A stretch of 64,000 nucleotides of DNA from Sphingopyxis sp. (GCA_013823985.1 PNNB01000001.1:128739-192738), one strand, 5' to 3'. Positions 27,231 to 38,506 are shown, counted from the stretch's first letter. Numbers and translations: made by a program. Notes: generated by a model from the letters alone, not told the origin.

Positions 27231-27872
27231 TTATCCTTCCAATCGGGGCACATGCTGCCCGCCCTGTGAAATTGCCTTGAATAAATCGCCCTCGCGCCGA
27301 ACAAGCAGCAGCTTTTCACCCGATGTGAATTGCTGGCCTTCATTGTCGGGTTCGACCATCACAAAATGCGGGTGGCCATGAATATCAAGCACCTTGGCCC
27401 GGGCAGGGGAGCCGTTTTTCGCCGTTCCCAGATCCAGAACCGCAAAGCGGCCAACGAGACTATCGATGGAAACAGCCGTCGTTTCGTCCTTGGGCATAAT
27501 CCGCCCCAAAAGCCGCGCGAGAATGGCTGTTGCAGGTAACGCTGCAAGCGCAGCAAGTGGCGTTGCCAGCCACGGCGTCAGCAACATCCCGGTCAGGCTC
27601 TGGACAATTTGCTGCCCGGCGAATCCGATCAGCATGAACATCAACAGAAGCAGCGCGAGCCATATCATCAGGGGCAAGCGCCCCAGTCCCAGAAAACTGA
27701 GAAGACCGTCGGCAACGCCCGCACCATCGACATCGCCATCCATGTCGCTGTCAAGATCGGGCGCAAAATCGGTAAGCCCGCTAAACTGCAAGATCATGAG
27801 GCCGACCAACAGGAAGCCCGCCCCGACAAAGGGGAGGTTTTCACTAGCGAACCAGAAATCAAGCACTTGCAA
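27231..27872 (-). CDS. YqiJ-like (DUF1449 + NfeD-type OB fold) flotillin partner
   Basis: N.PF, WL.LGRLPLMIWL, LVGRFA and PARAKV.D.HG..HFVMVEP. Lies 6 bp upstream of the flotillin gene. Confidence 0.88.
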   Translation of the reverse strand: MQVLDFWFASENLPFVGAGFLLVGLMILQFSGLTDFAPDLDSDMDGDVDGAGVADGLLSFLGLGRLPLMIWLALLLLMFMLIGFAGQQIVQSLTGMLLTPWLATPLAALAALPATAILARLLGRIMPKDETTAVSIDSLVGRFAVLDLGTAKNGSPARAKVLDIHGHPHFVMVEPDNEGQQFTSGEKLLLVRREGDLFKAISQGGQHVPRLEG

Positions 27873-27969
27873 CCCCTGTTGCCGCGTGATGCGACCACCG
27901 GATATTGATGGCGGGTCCAGATTCGGTCAATCGGAATCGGAAAGCCGATGTCCGATTTTCGGAAGGCTG

Positions 27970-28830
27970 CTAAATCACGTTCACCGGTATTTGCAGATAC
28001 ACATGACCGCCGGGTGATGCGGGTGGAAGCTCGCCGGCGCGGATGTTGACTTGCAAGGATGGCAGGATCAGCAACGGGGCCTCCAATGTCTTGTCGCGCG
28101 CCGTGCGCATGGTGACAAAGTCATCTTCGGAAATGCCGTCATGCACATGTATGTTTCCGGCGCGTTGCTGCGCGACGCTGGTTTCCCACTGATAGGCGGC
28201 ACGCCCGGTCGGCAGGTAATCATGCCCCACAAATATCCGGGTTTCCGGGGGAAGGGCGAGGATTTTGCGGATCGAACCGTAAAGGGTATGGGCGCTGCCG
28301 CCCGGAAAGTCGGTCCGCGCAGTTCCGTAGTCGGGCATGAACAAAGTATCGCCGACAAAGGCTGCGTCGCCAATCAGATAAGTCAGGCAGGCCGGTGTAT
28401 GCCCCGGTGTATGGAGAATTTCGATGGTCAGCGAGCCAAGGGGCAGGCTGTCACCCTGTTTAACGAGTCGGTCGAATTGACTGCCGTCTGCGGTGACATC
28501 GTCGGCTTCGAAAATGGCTGCGAAGATCGATTGGACCTCTGTAATATGGCTGCCAATCACGACCGGTGCACCGGTGATATCGCGCAAATGGTGCGCAGCC
28601 GAGAGATGGTCGGCATGGGCATGCGTTTCGAGCAGATAGATAATATCCAGTCCCTGCACCTTGGCCGCCGCGAGTAATGCGTCGGCCGACGATGTTGAAA
28701 TGCGACCGTTACGCGGCGTGAAATCCAGCACGGGGTCAATGATCGCCGCCTTCTTTGTCTCGGGGTCGTGGACAATATAACTGACCGTGTTTGTGGCGTC
28801 GTCGAAAAAGGCCTGAACAGCAGGTTGCAT
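27970..28830 (-). CDS. Persulfide dioxygenase (ETHE1/Blh-like MBL fold)
   Basis: T.TVSY, ETHAHADHLS, TPGHTPAC, DTLFMPDYGTARTDFPGG, GHDY and PSLQVN. Confidence 0.88.
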   Translation of the reverse strand: MQPAVQAFFDDATNTVSYIVHDPETKKAAIIDPVLDFTPRNGRISTSSADALLAAAKVQGLDIIYLLETHAHADHLSAAHHLRDITGAPVVIGSHITEVQSIFAAIFEADDVTADGSQFDRLVKQGDSLPLGSLTIEILHTPGHTPACLTYLIGDAAFVGDTLFMPDYGTARTDFPGGSAHTLYGSIRKILALPPETRIFVGHDYLPTGRAAYQWETSVAQQRAGNIHVHDGISEDDFVTMRTARDKTLEAPLLILPSLQVNIRAGELPPASPGGHVYLQIPVNVI

Positions 28831-28850
28831 GAGTCGTCTCCTTATTCCAT

Positions 28851-28872
28851 TATATTAGCACTTGCTAAATTA
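28851..28872. promoter_or_regulatory. Inverted-repeat operator for the ArsR (SqrR/BigR/NolR-type) regulator
   Basis: tatattagca-ct-tgctaaatta (arms match 8/10) in the AT-rich 65-bp divergent intergenic region. Confidence 0.55.
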
Positions 28873-28895
28873 GAATCAATGAATATAATTGGAGC

Positions 28896-29228
28896 ATGTT
28901 TGATACATCCCGTTTTGATCTCTCGCTGTTCGAAGAAAGCGCCGGTCGCGCTGCAAGCCTGTTGCGGTTGCTGAGCAACGAACGGCGGCTCATGATCTTG
29001 TGCCAATTGGCGGAGGGTGAATTGTCCGTCGGTGCAATCCAGTCGCGCGTCGGGCTTTCGCAATCCGCCCTGTCGCAACACCTTGCTTTGCTGCGCGAGG
29101 ATGGCGTGGTCGCAACCCGCCGTGAACGTCAGACTATCTATTACAAGATCGTCGACCATGCGTCCTTGCGCATTATCGAAACCCTCGCCGAACTATTCTG
29201 CCCCCCAGATATGAGGAAGAAGCCATGA
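28896..29228 (+). CDS. ArsR/SmtB family repressor, SqrR/BigR type
   Basis: L..LSNERRLMILCQL, SQSALSQHLA.LR and LAELFC. Both Cys sit at the SqrR/BigR positions (helix 2 and C-terminal helix). Confidence 0.9.
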   Translation: MFDTSRFDLSLFEESAGRAASLLRLLSNERRLMILCQLAEGELSVGAIQSRVGLSQSALSQHLALLREDGVVATRRERQTIYYKIVDHASLRIIETLAELFCPPDMRKKP

Positions 29229-29758
29229 CTGCTGTATTGAACAAATTGTCGCCGCTTAAGGTGAAGGAAAGACTGGACGCCGGTTATGCGGTGCTCGTGG
29301 ACATCCGTGAAGCGGACGAGTTCGCACGTCGCCACATAATGGGGGCGCAATCGCAGCCACTTTCGGCTTGGGAAAAAGCCCATCTCAACCTTGATCCCGA
29401 CACAGATGTCATTTTCACCTGCCGGTCGGGTATGCGCACCGCCGGAGCCTGCGACCGTCTCGCGGCCCGGGTCAAAGGGGAAGCCTTTGTTCTGGATGGT
29501 GGTCTGGATGCTTGGGCGGGGGCTGGCTTGCCCATTGTGACCGACGCCGACGCGCCGATGGAAATTATGCGGCAGGTGCAAATTGCAGCCGGATCGCTGG
29601 TGTTGCTGGGTGCGCTACTTGGCTTTCTGGTCGCTCCGGTGTGGTTTGCTTTGTCCGCATTTGTGGGTGGCGGGCTGGTCTTCGCAGGGGTCAGCGGCTT
29701 TTGCGGTATGGCCCGCTTGCTGATGCTTGCACCCTGGAACCGGGTAAAGACCATCTGA
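29225..29758 (+). CDS. Rhodanese + DUF2892 membrane sulfurtransferase (YgaP-like)
   Basis: DIREADEF, active-site loop CRSGMR, LDGGL.AW, RQVQI.AG and FAGVSGFCG. Confidence 0.9.
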   Translation: MTAVLNKLSPLKVKERLDAGYAVLVDIREADEFARRHIMGAQSQPLSAWEKAHLNLDPDTDVIFTCRSGMRTAGACDRLAARVKGEAFVLDGGLDAWAGAGLPIVTDADAPMEIMRQVQIAAGSLVLLGALLGFLVAPVWFALSAFVGGGLVFAGVSGFCGMARLLMLAPWNRVKTI

Positions 29759-29759
29759 C

Positions 29760-30521
29760 ATGGCTTTGGAGCCATTCTTGCTGGCGGGGTTGGGCGGAGC
29801 GATGATTGGCCTTTTGCTCACCTTGTTCGGCGGGGGAGGTTCGGTCCTTGCGACGCCTTGGTTGATCTATGTCGTGGGTGTGGCTGATACCCACGCGGCG
29901 ATCGGAACATCCGCGGCCGCCGTTGCAGTGAATGCCGTAACCGGCTTGGCGGCACAGGCCCGGGCCGGGCGGGTCAAATGGCCATGTGCCATCACCTTTG
30001 GAATCGCTGGCCTTGCAGGCTCCTTGATCGGCGCGCATTTCGCCAAACAGGTGGACGGAAAGGCGCTGCTCACATGGTTCGCCTTTGCGATGATTGCAAT
30101 TGCCGTGTCGATGCTTGTGCCCAGAAAAAATGAAGGCGATCCATCCGTCCGCCTGACGCCTCCGATGGTATTGAAACTTGCACCCATTGGCTTTCTTGCC
30201 GGGTTGGCCGCGGGATTTTTCGGTATTGGCGGCGGATTTCTGATTGCACCGGGGCTTATGGCCTCGACAGGGATGACACTCGCCAATGCCAGCGCCTCTT
30301 CTCTGGTTTCGGTCAGCCTGTTCGGCGGCGCGACCAGTCTGTCCTATGCCGCGTCTGGCCAACTTGTCTGGTCCTTATTCGGCGCGCTCGTCGTGGGCGG
30401 CGCTGGTGGAACATTATTGGCCTTACCGCTCGCCAAAATGCTTGAAAGTCGTGTTGCGATCGCGCGGACGGTCTTTGCGCTGATGGTTATCGGCGTCGCG
30501 ATCATCATTTTGTTGAACTAA
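29760..30521 (+). CDS. TauE/SafE family sulfite exporter
   Basis: GGGGSVLATP, H.AIGTS and GFFGIGGGFLI; about 8 TM. Confidence 0.9.
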   Translation: MALEPFLLAGLGGAMIGLLLTLFGGGGSVLATPWLIYVVGVADTHAAIGTSAAAVAVNAVTGLAAQARAGRVKWPCAITFGIAGLAGSLIGAHFAKQVDGKALLTWFAFAMIAIAVSMLVPRKNEGDPSVRLTPPMVLKLAPIGFLAGLAAGFFGIGGGFLIAPGLMASTGMTLANASASSLVSVSLFGGATSLSYAASGQLVWSLFGALVVGGAGGTLLALPLAKMLESRVAIARTVFALMVIGVAIIILLN

Positions 30522-30533
30522 GGCCCTGGGGGT

Positions 30534-31223
30534 TTAAGCCCCGATCAGGAACATATTGATCGTCAGGCGCCCGCTGCGCGGGTCGGGGGATAGGGCTGCT
30601 GGATCGGGGATGATGCCGGAATGCAGCTGCCGCCCACGGTAGAGGACCAGACGGTCGGGCGCAGCCTCGACCTCGTCAATCAGCTCAAACCAATCGGTGT
30701 CGCCATAGCAATAGCGCGCAGGTGGCATGCCGTACGCCCGCTCGTCCTGTGCAAGGGCTGCGTTATAGCGGTCTTCGCGCTCCGGCGTAACGGTTTCAAA
30801 TCCGGTCCGGCGGTGGCGGTAAAAGGCGGTGCCGCCGCTTTCGGGGCCCATCAGATAGTGCATGATGGCGATAACGTCGCCGCCCGCATGGTCATAATGC
30901 GGGATGCGCTGCAGCGGCGATAACTCCGCCTCGGTCTGTGTCACCAGCGAAAAGGTCGATGCGTCGAGCCGCACCCCTTGGGTAAAGCCGAACACGCGCT
31001 GCATTATCTGCATCATCAGGTCGCGTCGCCGGTCAAGATAGCTGGGGTCTGCCCAGGATCTTATGCCGGGGTAGGACGCGCCTGCATGCTGGTAGGTCGC
31101 GTTATAGCCCGCCTCCAGCAGCTCACCAGCCATGCCGCTGAACCCGTCGATCATGACGAGAGGTTCGCCTTCGCGTCCCATGGGACGGACGCTGATTTTG
31201 GGCTCAGGCAGCTGCATGCCCAT
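30534..31223 (-). CDS. DUF6445-like putative Fe(II)/2-oxoglutarate oxygenase
   Basis: YPGIR, LSPLQRIPHYD (HxD), SGGTAFYRHRRTG, RLVLYRG..LHSG and GRLTIN. Start set at ATG 31223 so the gene does not overlap the riboswitch. Confidence 0.7.
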   Translation of the reverse strand: MGMQLPEPKISVRPMGREGEPLVMIDGFSGMAGELLEAGYNATYQHAGASYPGIRSWADPSYLDRRRDLMMQIMQRVFGFTQGVRLDASTFSLVTQTEAELSPLQRIPHYDHAGGDVIAIMHYLMGPESGGTAFYRHRRTGFETVTPEREDRYNAALAQDERAYGMPPARYCYGDTDWFELIDEVEAAPDRLVLYRGRQLHSGIIPDPAALSPDPRSGRLTINMFLIGA

Positions 31224-31297
31224 GACACATGGGCGAGGGGCAGGGCGCGAGTCAACAGGCACCTCTCGACAGCGCATGGGAGAAGGCCTATCACGCA

Positions 31298-33297
<2,000 letters not shown>

Positions 33298-33358
33298 AAG
33301 TGCACGCGATAAACGCTAGCTAGCTAACATCATACGTCTTTTGGGGGAGGCCGTTATA

Positions 33359-34357
33359 ATGTTCGCACGCACTCGTTTCGCAACCGTCTGCATTGCTGGC
33401 GTGGCGCTTGCTGCCACGCCGGTTCAGGCGCAGTATATGATGCATCTCGACCCCAATTTATACATGCTCACGGTCATGAACATGACGGGCGGGCCGAACA
33501 CTTGCATGACGGGGCTCGCTTTGCCGGAAAATGAAGTGGATGAAGCACGGTTGCCTGCGCCCGCCACCATGCAGGCTTATTTCACCGCAGCGCAGAGCGG
33601 CGGTCGCAAAAGCGCCCATTTCCGCACATCGAAGAAGGCGCAATGGACGCATGGCGGCACGACCGTGCAACTGGCCCAGATCGATGCGCAGACCGATCCG
33701 CTGGCCGTCGCGGGTAACCAGCTTGACCCCGATACACTACGCTTTTTCCGCTCGGGAAATTATCAGACGGCGCAGGGTCAGTGGCTGGTCAAGGGTTCAG
33801 ACGGGGCAGTGGCCGGTCTCTATGATGCGGTGTTCCAGCGTGAGAAGGGCCTGTGGAAACTCGACCGGCTCACGGTGCATGGCGCGGCGGACAAGGTCGT
33901 CCCTGCAACGCAATATTGCCTGACACCGGGCGACGTGACCGAAGGCAAGATAAAGACCTCCACCGACCAGATCAGCTATTTGGAAAAGGATATCGCCAAT
34001 TCCGAGGTGAAGCTGGAAAAGGCGAAGGCAAAGCTTGCCGCCGACGAAGCCGCGCTTGCCGCTAAACCCGGTGCAACGGCGAAGCGCGAGCTGGTTCGCA
34101 CGGCAAAGAAGGATGTGGAAAACCGGGAAAAGAAGCTGGCGGGCCTGAAAGAAAATCTGACCAATGCGCGCGAATATCGCGACAAATCCATCCGCGACAA
34201 GGACGAGATCGCCGCGTTGACGCTTCCAGCGGCAGAGGCATCCCGTTTCCGCGGCTTCGAAACGACGACCGCGAAGGAAGACGCCGCGAAGAAAGCCGAA
34301 GAGGACGCGAAGAAAAAAGCCGAGAAAGAAGCCAAGCAAGCCGCAAAAGGCGGCTGA
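33359..34357 (+). CDS. Hypothetical exported protein with long coiled coil and K/A/E-rich tail
   Basis: GGAGG SD, signal peptide ending VQA, heptad-rich segment and AAKKAEEDAKKKAEKEAK tail. Confidence 0.7.
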   Translation: MFARTRFATVCIAGVALAATPVQAQYMMHLDPNLYMLTVMNMTGGPNTCMTGLALPENEVDEARLPAPATMQAYFTAAQSGGRKSAHFRTSKKAQWTHGGTTVQLAQIDAQTDPLAVAGNQLDPDTLRFFRSGNYQTAQGQWLVKGSDGAVAGLYDAVFQREKGLWKLDRLTVHGAADKVVPATQYCLTPGDVTEGKIKTSTDQISYLEKDIANSEVKLEKAKAKLAADEAALAAKPGATAKRELVRTAKKDVENREKKLAGLKENLTNAREYRDKSIRDKDEIAALTLPAAEASRFRGFETTTAKEDAAKKAEEDAKKKAEKEAKQAAKGG

Positions 34358-34359
34358 CT

Positions 34360-35103
34360 TTATACCGCCATGTGCAGCCGGTTTCGCCCCGCATTTTTCG
34401 CGGCATAAAGCGCCATGTCGGCGCGGCTGAGCAGGGTGTCGAGCGTTTCGTCCGGGCGGCTGATGGCAAGGCCGAAGCTGGCCGTCACATAGATCAGCCC
34501 CTGCGGCGTGATGAGCGGCATCGCCTCCAGCTGCAGGCGCATCGTCTCGATATGCGCCTCTGCCGCGGTTGCCGCCGCGCCGCGTTCATCGCGGGGGAGC
34601 GCGAAGAGAAGCCCGAACTCCTCCCCGCCCAAGCGGGCGAGCAGGGCATCTTTGGGCGCGGCACTGCGCAACACTTCGGCCGCATGCTTCAACGCATTGT
34701 CGCCACCGGCATGGCCGATCCGGTCGTTGATTTTCTTGAAATGGTCGATGTCGATCATGGCGAGCATCTGGCTGCTGTCCTTGCCCAACCGTGCGGTGGC
34801 GGCATCGACGAAGGAGCGGCGGTTATTGAGCGCCGTCAGCGGGTCAATATGCGCCAGCTTGTCGAGCCGCTCATTCGCCTTTTTCAGCTTCCAGCTTAAA
34901 AAAGCGACAAAGCCATAGGAGGGCGGGGCCACCAGCATGGGGATGATGAACGCCACCATCATGGTCGTGCGATAGTCGGCCTTACCGCTGATCTGGAAAC
35001 TGATATGCGTGGCGAGCAGCGAGGCAACGACAGAAAAGCCGACAACGGCAATGCCCATCAGCACCAGTTTCAACTTGGTCGCAGCGATATTCATCTCATC
35101 CAT
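34360..35103 (-). CDS. Membrane-anchored diguanylate cyclase (GGEEF)
   Basis: Two N-terminal TM; DPLT.LNNRR, DIDHFK.IND..GH..GD, RLGGEEF and RAD.ALY.AK.AGRN. Confidence 0.95.
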   Translation of the reverse strand: MDEMNIAATKLKLVLMGIAVVGFSVVASLLATHISFQISGKADYRTTMMVAFIIPMLVAPPSYGFVAFLSWKLKKANERLDKLAHIDPLTALNNRRSFVDAATARLGKDSSQMLAMIDIDHFKKINDRIGHAGGDNALKHAAEVLRSAAPKDALLARLGGEEFGLLFALPRDERGAAATAAEAHIETMRLQLEAMPLITPQGLIYVTASFGLAISRPDETLDTLLSRADMALYAAKNAGRNRLHMAV

Positions 35104-35317
35104 AGCACCTATAAACGACCGCCCGTTCCTATCTTTGATAGGGGAGGCGGAAGTTTATGATGCAGGGGGATGGGTTAAGATTTTGGGTGGTCGGGGGCAG
35201 ATAGCCGCCGCCGTGCCTTGGTGGTAGCCGAATCTTTAGGCCAAGTTAGATAATTCACAATCATATGGATGCATCCCAATTTATCTTGTGATATCGCCCA
35301 CAAGCTATGGGGGGTAT

Positions 35318-36319
35318 ATGGTACGTATTTTGATCGCATGTCTGGCGCTGCTCTTTGTTTCGGATGCGTATTCTGCCGTTCTTGCAAATGCCTATGATGA
35401 TGTGCCGTTTGTTCCTGTGCAGCCCAAGCCGGGCGAATACCGTCATCCCGATCAAATGGAAAAGAACCGCAAGCTCTGCGAAAAAAGTGACGGTGAGGCG
35501 TGCGCTTTCTATGGCGATGCCATTTACGTGACCGCGCTGGAAGGTGGCTTGACCAACAAAATGTCCGCGCAGGAGGTCGCATCGATGACCGCCAAGGGGT
35601 ACCAGTTCAAGGAACAGGGATGTCTGCTTGGCCATGCCTATACCTGCTCGGCATTGGGTTATGCCTATCAATATGGCCACGGGGTGGGGATCGATAGCAG
35701 TCGAGCCTATGGCTTTTTCGCAATCGCCTGCGTTGAATTACCGGAATATTGCAAAAATCGTGACGAGCTAGCTGCGTTCGCATCGCCGGCCGTTATCCGC
35801 ATGGCAAAGCTACGGTCCGAAGCAAAAAAATACGATTCGAAGCCCGCGCCGCAAGTGGCCGAAGCCCAACCATTACCGGCTAAAGCTATGCCAAGAACCG
35901 CCGAAAAACTTAACCAGCCGGCAACTCCGAAAGTTCAAGGCGCAGAATCAAAAGCTGAAAACGAGGCAAAATTGAAAGACCCGGAATATCTTCACACACT
36001 AGGCGGCAACGCCTATTCGAAGCGCGATTTCAAAGCAGCGCGGGATTATTATAATCAAGCCTGTCTCGCCGGAAGGGCCGCTTCCTGCGGATATGTTGGG
36101 CTTTTGTACCATGATGCCATGGGCGGTACTAAGGATTTCAAGAAATCGTTCCCGTTGTTCAAAAAGGCGTGCGACGCCAATGATGGGTTCTTCTGCAAAT
36201 ACGTGGGGGATGCCTATGCAAAGGGAGAAGGCACAAAAGTAAACGTCAAAACCGCACGGAAATTCTATCAAAAGGCCTGCGGATTGAACGATCAAATGGG
36301 CTGTGCGCTGGCGAAATAG
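35318..36319 (+). CDS. Exported Sel1-like repeat protein with paired cysteines
   Basis: Signal peptide; repeats such as KACDANDGFFC.YVG..Y..G.G, QACLAGRAASC and KACGLNDQMGC. Confidence 0.85.
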   Translation: MVRILIACLALLFVSDAYSAVLANAYDDVPFVPVQPKPGEYRHPDQMEKNRKLCEKSDGEACAFYGDAIYVTALEGGLTNKMSAQEVASMTAKGYQFKEQGCLLGHAYTCSALGYAYQYGHGVGIDSSRAYGFFAIACVELPEYCKNRDELAAFASPAVIRMAKLRSEAKKYDSKPAPQVAEAQPLPAKAMPRTAEKLNQPATPKVQGAESKAENEAKLKDPEYLHTLGGNAYSKRDFKAARDYYNQACLAGRAASCGYVGLLYHDAMGGTKDFKKSFPLFKKACDANDGFFCKYVGDAYAKGEGTKVNVKTARKFYQKACGLNDQMGCALAK

Positions 36320-36461
36320 CGTAATGTCACTCCCGAATTTCAGGTCACAATATTAATTAGACTAAAGCACTAACTTCTCCGCCAACCTCGTCAATTCCCC
36401 CAGCAGTGCATGCCTTTCACCGCGTCCCCTGTATTCTGGGGAAATCAGACTAAATAGACAC

Positions 36462-36962
36462 TCACCCCAACCTTACCAACGCCTCATCCAGCGCCTGTAA
36501 AAATCGTGACCGGTCGGCTTTGGCAAAGGGTGCGGGACCTCCGGTGATGCCGTCCATTCCGGCGCGCAGGTCGGCCATGATGGCGCGGGTGGCGATGGCG
36601 CTGCCGATGGAGGCGCTGGTGAACGGCTTGCCATTATTGCCGATGACGATGGCCCCTGCCTTCAGGCAGCGGTCCGCCAGCAATATGTCGGCGGTGATCA
36701 CGATGCTCCGCCCGTCCGCCTGCTCCGCAATCCAGTCATCCGCTGCGTCGAAACTGTCCGATACGATATGCCTCTTGATCAGCGGATGGTCGGGCATGCG
36801 AAAGCGCGCGTTGCTGACCAGCACGACGGGCACATTGCGGCGCCAGGCGACCTTGTAAATCTCCTCCTTTACCGGACAGGCGTCGGCATCGACCAAAATG
36901 CGGGGCGATAAGGGAGGCGAGCTATGGGGCAGGGGCTTGGGGCTATCGGCAGTCATTTTCAA
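36462..36962 (-). CDS. YaiI/YqxD (UPF0178) family protein
   Basis: ILVDADACPVK, DAADDWI, ITADILLA and F...DR.RF..ALD. Exact start uncertain. Confidence 0.92.
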   Translation of the reverse strand: MKMTADSPKPLPHSSPPLSPRILVDADACPVKEEIYKVAWRRNVPVVLVSNARFRMPDHPLIKRHIVSDSFDAADDWIAEQADGRSIVITADILLADRCLKAGAIVIGNNGKPFTSASIGSAIATRAIMADLRAGMDGITGGPAPFAKADRSRFLQALDEALVRLG

Positions 36963-37186
36963 TTCGGGGCTTTATACCAATTGACCCACCGGCATCAACT
37001 TATCCACCAACCGTTGCCGTTCTCGCGCTGAGTTGTGTCCCGCGCGACCTATTGATAGCCTATCCCCGACTGGCGCAGTGGTTCCTTCTTGACCGCGTCC
37101 CTGGCCGCTGCCCTGATATTCCATAGCGTGGATCGCGCGCTTGGGCGTCCATCAGCATGAAGTCGATGCGATACACTAACGCTGCG

Positions 37187-37942
37187 TTACAACTCCATCC
37201 CGTTTGCGGTTATGCGCAGGGCAGACGGGTCGGTGCCGAACCACTGGGCTAGGTTCGCGCGGCCTGCTGCTTTCATTTTTGTTACCATGGTCGGGTCGTT
37301 CGTTGCGCGCAGCGCCATTTGTGTGGTGGCCATGAACATGCCGTGGATGACCATTTGCTCGTAAATTTCCTGTTTCTGCACGTTCGACAGGCTTGTGAAC
37401 CGGGGGCTGGAGGACAGTATGGAACGCATTTGCGTAATGATCGGCGCGAACTTGGCATCCGGCAGATCGCTATTGTTCATGGCCATCCAGTTGCCGCCCA
37501 GAAAAAAGGCGACCGCCGCGCCCAGATCCCCGTGGGGAACGCCATTCATGTGCTCAAGTTCGCTATATTTGGACAATAGTTCGTTGAAAAGCGCCTCGGC
37601 TTTCGCCTGTGATCCGGCGGGGTAGGCGGCTGCCATCTTACGCGCTGTCGATTGTGCGACAGGGACCCGCACCGGCGTGAACAGGATAGGACCGGCGGTA
37701 ATCGTCGCGGGCTTGACCGGGCGGGTGGGCGTTGGCGTACGGGTTGCTTCGGCGGCTTTTGCCCTGCGCATCCGCTGCACGGTCGGATCGACCAGATCGT
37801 TCTGAAAATTGCTGATGAAGTTGTCGAGCTGCCGCGAGGCGTAATTATACTCGTTCGTCGCCCAGCTACAATCATCCGCAGATGCAGGGTTTGCAAAAAG
37901 CAGGACGCAGGCGGCAAGTGCAGTGGTCAGCAACGTCTTCAT
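37187..37942 (-). CDS. Hypothetical exported protein (DUF6683-like C-terminal helical domain)
   Basis: Signal peptide ending ASA, P/T-rich linker, GDLGAAVAFF...W and KQEIYE. Family call is from memory. Confidence 0.55.
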   Translation of the reverse strand: MKTLLTTALAACVLLFANPASADDCSWATNEYNYASRQLDNFISNFQNDLVDPTVQRMRRAKAAEATRTPTPTRPVKPATITAGPILFTPVRVPVAQSTARKMAAAYPAGSQAKAEALFNELLSKYSELEHMNGVPHGDLGAAVAFFLGGNWMAMNNSDLPDAKFAPIITQMRSILSSSPRFTSLSNVQKQEIYEQMVIHGMFMATTQMALRATNDPTMVTKMKAAGRANLAQWFGTDPSALRITANGMEL

Positions 37943-38134
37943 GATGATTTTCCCTTGGCTGTCGGGCGTATGTGGCACCTGTTTATGACGAACATGTAGA
38001 AAATTGTCAGCATATATTGGCCGCGTTTTGTTACGGGAAGTGGACCAGCATCAGCCGCGCAAAAATCCTTCCCAAACCGCTTTTCCTGTCGCTATGTTTT
38101 GCACGAAATTTGGCAATGCAATGGGGGTTGCAGG

Positions 38135-38506
38135 ATGAAGGGGTATGTTTGGGCGGCGGTTTTGGCGTTGGGCGTTTTGAGCTCCACGCCGCCTGCGGTG
38201 GCGCAGGGGCGCAGTTTCTATCTGATGCAATATAATTCCACCGTCACCGAAATGAAAAAGGTGGTCGACCAGATCAATGAGCTGAAAACCGACATCAAGA
38301 CGGAGAAGGATTTTACCCGCGGATGTTCGATGCTGGACAGCCTGATTTCCTACATGAAAGACGCACAGATACTGACCGAAAGACTGGCAAACTATGCCTA
38401 TCAGATCGACGATATGGACGGCCACCGGCAAGCGGTGGACCGCCATAATGCCTATCTGGAAGAGCGGCAATATTGGCAAGAGCAGCGTGCGCGGATGTGT
38501 AAATGA
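38135..38506 (+). CDS. Hypothetical small exported helical protein with two Cys
   Basis: Signal peptide ending AVA; amphipathic helices; coding-like codon pattern. Confidence 0.65.
   Translation: MKGYVWAAVLALGVLSSTPPAVAQGRSFYLMQYNSTVTEMKKVVDQINELKTDIKTEKDFTRGCSMLDSLISYMKDAQILTERLANYAYQIDDMDGHRQAVDRHNAYLEERQYWQEQRARMCK

Noticed and set aside
36355-36460. AT-rich spacer with agactaaa occurring twice
   Set aside because: An 8-bp match about 90 bp apart is within chance expectation, and no further structure is visible.
37071-37083. tggcgcagtggtt, resembling a tRNA D-arm
   Set aside because: No acceptor stem, anticodon arm or T-loop can be folded around it.
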